Shown: piece after piece, positions 28,101 through 37,100 of the stretch | How positions within the stretch are numbered: the stretch's first letter is position 1 | Layout: each line of letters starts with the position of its first letter | Assembly (NCBI GenBank): GCA_051294905.1 | Contig: CM119371.1 | Location: 8,620,001 to 8,684,000, forward strand | Source: Botryllus schlosseri | Taxonomy: Eukaryota | DNA length: 64,000 nt | Direction of reading: 5' to 3' | The notes under the pieces: generated by a model | The model's database searches: none | What the model was told of the DNA's origin: nothing | What the model saw: only the letters and a program-made list of their open reading frames with translations | Made by a program: the position numbers and the translations under genes

Positions 28101-31100
28101 AGAAGCTGCCTAAAACGGACACCCGATTTAGATGATAAATAGCGGTAAATAGCCATCTAGCCGGAGGAGGTCTGGGGGCTTCGAAGTTCTGTTTATCACC
28201 CAATGGGGACCCAAGAGAAACGTTTTTTTGGGGGGGGGGCTGACGAAGTGCTGTTACGGCCCTTGGTATTGATAACTAATTTACGGATAGATGTGCAACA
28301 AGTGACTCACGATTGAATACGCCGAGATGCGTACTGCTTAGCAGGCAAAAAGCAGCATACTTTGTAATCCTATAGCTCGCGACCCAAGCGTCCGTATAAT
28401 TTGATATGTCGGTGTTTATCGAAAGCAAGTGTCGCACTGATTCCAAAAATACGAGTTGAAATCTCGCCAGGGCAATAAAACTACTCCGAAATAGCCAGCA
28501 AAGGTTGATTGTTCTGAACAACGGGAGCGCGGCAACACAATGGCCATTGGCGTCAAGCGAATGATCGGAACAAGGCCAATTTTCATATTTTGGCGACTAT
28601 TTTGGGTTCCTTTCATTGCCTTGGTATTCGTGCGGCCCCGGCCGTACTCTGAAATTCTAAATTTGGCCCTGCCACCGAAAAAGGTTGGGAACCACTGATC
28701 TAGATCTATGTCCATACCAACGCTGAAGTCGAACGGATCTATTTCACAAAATAACAAAACCAACGCCAATACACTTGCTTCACACTTCGCTAAAACGAGC
28801 AGCTCCGACAACTACCCAGCAGGATTTCGTATAACGAAGGCTAACTTTGAAAACACGGTTCATCTTACCGCTGACAACGAACCAGATCGGCACAGGAATT
28901 CGAACATAAACATCGCATTCAGTCTTCCCGAACTAAATCAAGCTTTGCGTAGCCGAAAATCCACTGCACTTGAGCAGGACTCCAGAGGGTATGCGATGTT
29001 AAAAAAATCCATCATCCTCCGGTCGCACCGACCTTTTGAAACTATACAATGCATCCTGGGATACTGGGAAATTGCCAGTCTCGTGGAAACATGCTATAGT
29101 CTGCCCAATTGCCAAAAAGGGCGAAGACCCTACCTCGGCGGACTCATACCGCCCTATATCCCTCACGAGTCACATTTGTAAAGTCATGGAGGTAATGGTC
29201 ACCAATCGCTTAAGATGGGATTTGGAGTCAAAAAATCTGATACATCCTTCACAATCCGGCTTCCGACGCGGTCGAAGCACCCTGGACAACATACTGCGTC
29301 TCCACGACACGATTTACAAGAATATCCACCATCAGCGATCGGTGGTAGCGGTCTTCTTAAACATAAGACGAGCCTACGATATGGTGTGGCGCCACGCACT
29401 TCTGTACGAACTATACCAACTCGGAATACGCGGACACATGCCCCAATGGATTACAAATTTCCTTTCTGACAGAACTTTCCAGGTTACCGTAAGAAACAGT
29501 CTTTCCGACAGTTACGTGCTGCAGAACGGTATACCTCAGGGAAGCGTCCTCAGCCCTTGCTGTTTGCGGTCATGATCAATGATTTACCGAGCTCGTTAGG
29601 TCATCGGTGTGAACATGCGCTGGTCGCAGATGACTGCGCTGTCTGGGATAGCGGTATTTTTATCCAGCCCCCTTTGTCTTCCATTCAATCATCACCCGAT
29701 GTAATAAGCGACTGGTGTTCCAGATGGGGGTTTACAATCAGTAAGGCCATGACCGTAGGCATGCTGTTCACGAAAAGGAAAATTCCTCCCCTCATCGTGA
29801 AAACTGGTGACCATGAACTTGAATTTGCCGACACCTACAAATATTTGGGTATCACGTTTGACAAATTGCTCAACTATAAGCAACATATCGATACGATTTT
29901 CAAAAAGTGATCCAACAGACTGAATCTAATCAGAGTCGTGACTGGTACCGCATGGGGGGGCGAGTAAAAAACCGTTGCTGCAGCTTTCCTGGGCGCTGAT
30001 ACGCTCATTGACTGACTATGGGTTACCAGCATATTACTTCGCCCAAAAAAAGTATTTGGACAGGTTACGTACCATACGAAATCAAGCTCTCCGCCTTTGC
30101 TGCGGAGCAATGCGCAGCACTCCCATTTGAGCACTGGAAGCATCATGTCACGAACTTCCTCTCCATCCACGCCACTAACAGCTTAGCCTTACCTATTGCT
30201 GTCACCAAGCTCACGAACACCCAACAATAGGAGTGCTTGAAGACTCTTGGCAGGAGATATATAGCCTCATGAACCCAAAATTCATTACCTTCAACATCAC
30301 CACCAATATCGAGGCTCTGAATAACCTTGTCCTGGAAAGAAGAACTCTTCAAGATTTACCTCCATGGCTGATGCAATCGCCTAACATTGATTTAGACCTT
30401 GCAAAAATCATTAAATAAGATGTCGAACCTCTGTCACATAAACCCACAGTCCTGGACTTCATATTCGAACGACATAACGATGCCACTGAACTATGCACTG
30501 GCGGCTCTAAATCAGCAGAGGGAGCCGGCTTTGCGTTTACCATCCCATCGCTGATGATAAACTTTTCCCAACCGTGTTCCACCCCAAAGTCAATATTCTC
30601 CATAGAAGCAAATAGTGGCGGCTCGTGACAATATCGGGTGGTGGGGCACGGGCTGCAAGCGACTTTTTATCATGATGTCGTCACAATGGCGTTTTCCAAC
30701 GTAAACAAGTAACTTAATGATGGTACGGTAACAAGAATTTCCCGACAACAGTGATTTTAACGTATGTGCCACGAGAGGTCTGCCGGTGAGCTGTGACTTG
30801 AAGTGTGGTAACTGCGTAAACGGCGTACGGAACAAAGATTCAACACGGTTCATGTTCGCACTTGACCTGACTAATTATCTGCTGAAATGGAAATAACTAT
30901 AACTCGAGAGATTGCGTAAGCCTAACTGGAAAGGTCAACGAGTTCGGACACATACGCAATTGTTATCTCATAGGTTGGGCCTGCCATATTGAATCCAAAA
31001 CATCATTCTGAAGAACTAAGAATAGCAGCCTCGGAAATTCGGTCTCGGTACAGCATAGGAGATTTTGGCCTTGAAACTGGAGACTGTAACACGACACATA

Positions 31101-34100
31101 CGGCTTTATTACTGTCTATAGATTTGCTGCGAAATCGCCTTTGGAAAATATATTACCGAATAAATACGTGGATGAAAGCCGTGCACTTAGTACACTGTTA
31201 CAGGACATCATCGAGAAGTAGCCTCATGGCCCTTTTCGGTATGGTACACTGTCAAAATTAATATGAACAGACCAACACTGAATTTTGCGTAAAATTTACT
31301 GAGGAATAGGCTTATCAAGTGATCAGCTGTTAGCCGCCATCGAAAACGAAATAGCTATCACGCTTGACAGAGGGTTGTAAGCAAATGGCTTGAAGTCCAC
31401 AATTTCACGGTTAAATTGACATTGGCGAATATAATATAAAAGTAAATATTTGAATGCAAACCGAGAATGTTAGTAAACTGTTTCATGATATCATCATCTC
31501 ATCACCTATCTCAGTATGGAACACAGTTAACGTTAGCACAGATACACCGGCTTTTGCGTGAAATCCGCAATGCGTTGTAGGCTAAAGTGTCAGATCAGCG
31601 CACATCTCTACCATACTCGACCTTGATAACGAAATTACTGCCCTAATCATTGAGTGTCAACCTTGAGACTGGACACAGCGTTCGATACTAAAATCAAGAC
31701 ATACCGTGCCAAAGCTTATGACGGATCTAGGTAAGGAGCAATGCCTCAGTTGCCCTATAGGACGAGCCGCCACTGGAAGCAAAAGCCATTCTCCACGCTC
31801 TAAAATGGATCTGCCAGAATGGCTCATACCGCCAAAGATACCTGATTCTCTCAGACAGCCTGAGCGTACTATCCGCTATGACCAACTTGCAGGCACAGCA
31901 AACGCAGAATGTTATATTTGAATGTGGTCGCTTGCTGAATCAAGCGATTCGGAAAGGCGCCATCGTTGTCCTGGCCTGGGTACCGGAGCATGCTGATATC
32001 GGTGTTAATGAGTTTGCCGATAAATTGGCTTGGCAAGCTGCCAGGACCGATATCGAGAATAGCCTTTCTCCGACTCTTCCAGACGAAATTAGCGACACTG
32101 AGGGGAAAGCCAAAGTACGTCAATACTGTAGAGCGAGCTGGAACGCCGAATATCATAGAAATGAGCGAGGAGGTCACTATCGAAATTTCCATAGATCATT
32201 GACTGATGGCCACTCTCCATCGATGCATCGACATAGGCTTCACGGACGAATAATATTTCGGCTTCGTTCAGGCCATTGCCGCCTGAAAACGCATTTATAT
32301 AAAATTGGATGTAGCGACACCGACCTATGCGACCATTGTACAGTACCTGAAACAATCGAGCATTTTTACTGCACTGCAATCGATATGATTTCCATCGGAA
32401 CTTTTTATTCGACGGGGCGCGCGAGCTCAAAATCACTGCAACACTCGAAAATCTACTGATCATCCCCGAAATGTTATCTCATGTTGCAGAGTTTGTTCTA
32501 TCTTGTGGTACTTACTTGTAAATCGGTTCTTGCCCACATTTTGGTATATCGATCGCACATTCTAGTCAGTGACGCACCTGCCCTCACACGCGAAAAGCGT
32601 CACTCCCCTTTTCATCAATGATAATAATAATAATAATATCTTTCCGTAATCGTGACGGCTGTCCGGTATAATGAAATCTTTCGAGTCTGGATGATGGACA
32701 GCTGGAGATTGAAATTGTAACACTGCAAAATGACCTACACCTGAAAGCACACCAGGCTCCAGCAAAACTTTGGTGCCTTGTTGACACGGAAAAGTACATT
32801 GGTGTATGCGCATCAGCTATAAGGTTTGCAAGCATGTTTGGTTCAGCTTATCGTTGTGAATCAGCCTTTTCGGGACATGAAATTCATCAAAAACAAACAC
32901 AGAACACGCTTCACTGATGCTCATCTGGAACACTCACTCAGAGTTGCCGTGTCAAGTTACTGTACCACAGTACAGCGCACTTGTTGATAGCGTGCAGTGC
33001 CAGGCTTCCCGCTGACTGATATAGGAACAGTTAACATGATGTCCTGATGTCCAGTCTAAAGTGTGACATGAATTATTTAAAAAATTGAGTTGACTGTTGT
33101 TGTGTCATTTATACAAACATGGTGCGAAGTAAGTCATGATTTCTTTAAAATCCTTAAGGGCTAGACTCTCTTATAAATCTTACCGCAATGTCATTCCTGC
33201 CCAGTGCTATGAATAGCAGAAATTCAGTCTTTTATGGATAAACGGAGGGAGTGAATGGTAGCCCGTCGTTTCACCCAGTACCGAAAAAGTAGCTCTTGAT
33301 AGCAAAAAGGTTGGTGACCCCTCATCTAGAAGGTGCTGGGTGGTGAATGCAATTCTGAAACTCTAAAGGCTTAATTGGGATTGATGTACATTGATGATCG
33401 TCCAAAAAAATATTAACAATTGGAGAGTAACTTCACAGAGGCTGTTCCAGTTGTCAAGTCGGTTTCTCAAGTGTAATTATAAGTAGTGTCGCATAATTCT
33501 ATTGAAGTAGGAATAGAAATATTGCTTGTCCCTGCATCCCAAAACTACTTCAAGCAAATGTAGAATTTTCTGTCTTTGAAATCTGCTCAAGTAAGTAAGA
33601 GGTTTAGAAAAGCTATCAAAGCTATCAAAAGCTCTCATTGATATGCTCTCTTGGACAATGAAAACCTGGCAACCGATATATGTGGATGGTGCAGAAACTG
33701 GGTTTGTGTTGCTACATATCATGCAAGTGGTATACGTTTCCAGCAGCATATGGATTCAGTCGCAGCACGTGATACAAATCATAGCTTCAGCACATTGGTT
33801 CTATACGTTTATATCCCAGTGCACCTCCTTGGAAGATGCCACTGTATGCCGCCCAAACTCGCATTCCGTAGCCCGTGGTAAACAAGAGGATGAGCGAAAC
33901 AGATGAGTTGTATCGGATATTACATTAGCGGTTTTAGCGGATAGGAAGGCAACTGAAAATATGTCAGATCGTATAATTTCAAACGTTGTGCTTACGCTAC
34001 TGCATGAAGCTGTTATATGGCGACTTTGTGGACAAACACTGTACACACGAACACGCAACATAGATTTTAATATATCAGAGATTTTCGTGAGAACACATAT

Positions 34101-37100
34101 ATTTCCCTCGAAGCATGACGGAAGTTCTGGACTCTCCTGGAAAACGCCCCTGACCATAGCTGCCTTGGCCACTTTCTCTCTCTTATGGTACGAACATAAC
34201 ACTTCTACTTGACAAACTAGATACAACACCATAGTAGCCGTTGCTATAATTTATAGAACATAGAATATTTATTCTGTATGACTCGAGTCGTTTCAACATT
34301 AGGTACAGCTCTAGGAAGTAAGTCACTATATGCAAGTTTGGTTGTCATAAATATCGAGTAAGACATGGACTTCGATTAATCAGCATAATATACTAATTGC
34401 TGCAAATTATAATTGCTACCACTAGAATTTTCTTGAATCACCAAACGTATTCTTGTTCCGGCCACATCAAAATGACGCTTGGCCTGATATCAGGATTTAG
34501 CCGATGTAGCCTGAAAGAATCATGATGTTCCTTCCGAATTTAATTCTGGCTTCGCTAATGGACTTTATTGGGCATGTTGTTTCATTGCTATCTATTGGCC
34601 CACCAGACTGTTCCGCCGATTCATATTCTGTATCCTGGCTGCATTTAAAACACGTTACCTACGCTTGGATTACATCTGTATCCATTATTTATTTCGACGC
34701 CATTTTCACTACATATTTGATTAAATGGCTCCTCGTACAGAACTTGAAAGTTACACTCAATCGAATGTCCACCACATTACATTTTTTTATATTGTTCGAA
34801 GCTTCTCGATTATCTCTATTCAAGAATAACCATTATTACCGCGGTAAATACAAATGATCAAATTGAAACAAAGCATTATCAATGGAAATGTTTATGACGT
34901 CATCTTTGACTATGGCGCTCGGAATCCAAATGCGACAATGAATACTGCAAAGCGGCACGGACATCGGCTTGGACTATCCATAAAATCACTGTATAGTGCA
35001 CATAGCGGGTCTCATAAAACTGTCAAAACATGTGACTGGAGGGATCTTAGCATGACTGGACAATAGGGCTGTTAAAAAATAAGTTTTTTTTACGGATTGC
35101 AGCCATTCACTTATTAAATTGTCAGGTTACCCTAAAAAACGCTGCACACCAAATTTGGTTCAATTCCGACAAGTATAGGACTCCGCAGATCCAATTAAAA
35201 TTTTTAATTTATTAGGAAAAATTGAAAAAAAAAGAAATTTCGAATTTTTCTGCCAACCCCATGAAATTGTTGAGCTGTCTTCAAAGTCCATGCAAAACAA
35301 ATTTGACTCAATTCCGACCAGTAGAAGCGGAGTTATGTGAGTTTTTCGTTGATAATTCTCGGATTATCCACCGATCTGAGATGGATATGGAGATGGTAAC
35401 CTGACAATTTAATCAGTAAATGGCTGGAATCCGAGAAAAAAAGTTGTTTTTGAACAGCCCTACTGGACAACCGAGACCGGTTTAATACTGTATGTGGAAA
35501 GCTACCATCACCAGTCTTTTTTTCTGAAATTCGGCCGATAACTTCAATCAATGTGTTTGCGAGAGAAGCCTTTAGTGAAGATTGTTCAGGATACGGGTGG
35601 TGTTCAGTATAGCTTCATTTTCTAATAACTTGAAATTTAATACTAGAGAGTAGGTTAGAGCTTCGCATGAGGAGGCCTGTACCAAATCTCCATATTCCGT
35701 ATAATCGCCCATAGGCAGTTCGATTTTGAAGTTGTACTGAACTTTGATGCGGAAAGTGTCGGTTAATACTGTATTGCCTATGACGACAGCGTGCTCCAAT
35801 CTGGATTTTGCGACATTGAGCAACCACGATCTTTTTATTTGTAAAACGCGATTCCCTACTGTAATACACAGTAAAACAGGACGACACTCACTCTGATCAA
35901 CGGTACTTGCTTCCCTTTCCGCATTCATCATGTTGTTGGTGACGTAATTCCGATCTCCAGCTACGATGTTAACCGTGCTCTTTATTAATTGTAAATTGGC
36001 GATTCCACCATCCGCCAGCGTTGCAGATCCTGAGTCACAAGATAATATTTTAATTCCGGCGATGTGGCGATGCATATTGGAAAAGTATTATATTTGAACA
36101 GCTTTTTGGAGGTACAGACCTTCAATATAGAATTGAATATGATATTCATATCGAAATGAACCCGTATCAGTGTTGGGATCGAGTCACTACCTTCGAGTCA
36201 GGAGTCATTTCGAGTCATTGCACATTTTGACTCGAGTCAAGTCAAGTCAATCCATTTTCGAAGGTGACTCGAGTCAAGTCAAGTCACTCGATTTTCGGAG
36301 GTGACTCGAGTCAAGTCGAGTCAAGTCAAGTCACGAGTCAAGTCACAATTCAAGTCAAGTTGCCTTTTTGAAGTATGAGGTATGATCACGTCATTGCATT
36401 TTGCTAGCTGTCTGGTTTACAGATTGGCAAGTGGTCATTTATTTTGAACCGATGACCGAATATAGAGTTAAATATACACGCAATAAGGCGCTGTCTTGTT
36501 CACATATACGTAGAACTGCTAAACTACGTAAGTAAGGGTATAGCCTCAGTTTATAGTTACCAGCTAAAATAGAAAATGGAGAAACGAATTGATAAGATGC
36601 AATGCATTACCCATTTACAAATTGATATGATACAATTTGAGCCTGGGCCAAGGGTTGAGGACTATATAAACTATATTCGAAAATCAATTTCAATACTACA
36701 AGAGGTTTGGTTAAGGTAAGAACAGAAAAAGACATTTTGCTATATTACTTCACTATACTAGTTTACGACAACGTAATAAGATGTAAGTTTCGATCACTTC
36801 GTTTGCGGTCAATTTATTTGTGAGAGAACAATGGAGGCTCAGTAAAACGCACGATCATTGAGTGATTGGTCGCTCTCACGGGTTACACCAGCGTCTCGCG
36901 AACAACCCGAACGTATGCAAGATACAGTGATTTTTATCGTCACAGATTACTTGATGACTTGAAATTGACTCGTGAATTTTGCTCCGAGTCACGAGTCAAT
37001 CCACATTTCTGATACGCCGAGTCAAGTCAAGTCAAGTCATTTTAGCAAAGTGACTCGAGTCAAGTCAAGTCATACGAAAAAGGTGACTCGAGTCATCCCA

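Larger units (their letters stand above)
25586..32638 (+). mobile_element. I-group non-LTR retrotransposon ORF2 (APE endonuclease, RT, RNase H, CCHC), 5'-truncated and disrupted
   Basis: EN: PDVILIQESHL, ICGDFKAHH, GSDH. RT: SYRPISLTS, QSGFR, GIPQGSVLSP, VADD, KYLGITFD. RNase H: TGGSK, EAKAILHAL, ILSDSLS, WVPEHADIGVNEFADKLA. LCDHC..ETIEHF; (TAA)n tail. Confidence 0.95.
24895..33323 (+). mobile_element. Charlie/SPIN-type hAT deletion derivative hosting the LINE
   Basis: TIR CAGGGGTCGCCAAC / GTTGGTGACCCCTC; TSD atctagat/atctagaa. C-terminal transposase remnant ~32810-32960 (RFASMFGSAYRCESAFS..MKFIKNKHRTRFTDAHLEHSLRVAVSSY). Confidence 0.88.

Noticed and set aside
25586..32638. Prokaryotic RT system (retron, DGR, group II intron) or an active RT gene
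   Set aside because: Domain order and tail are those of a eukaryotic I-group LINE, with several stops, frameshifts and insertions.
35572..36075. 167-aa single-exon protein
   Set aside because: Only 35892-36029 is bounded by splice sites; the rest looks like intronic read-through.
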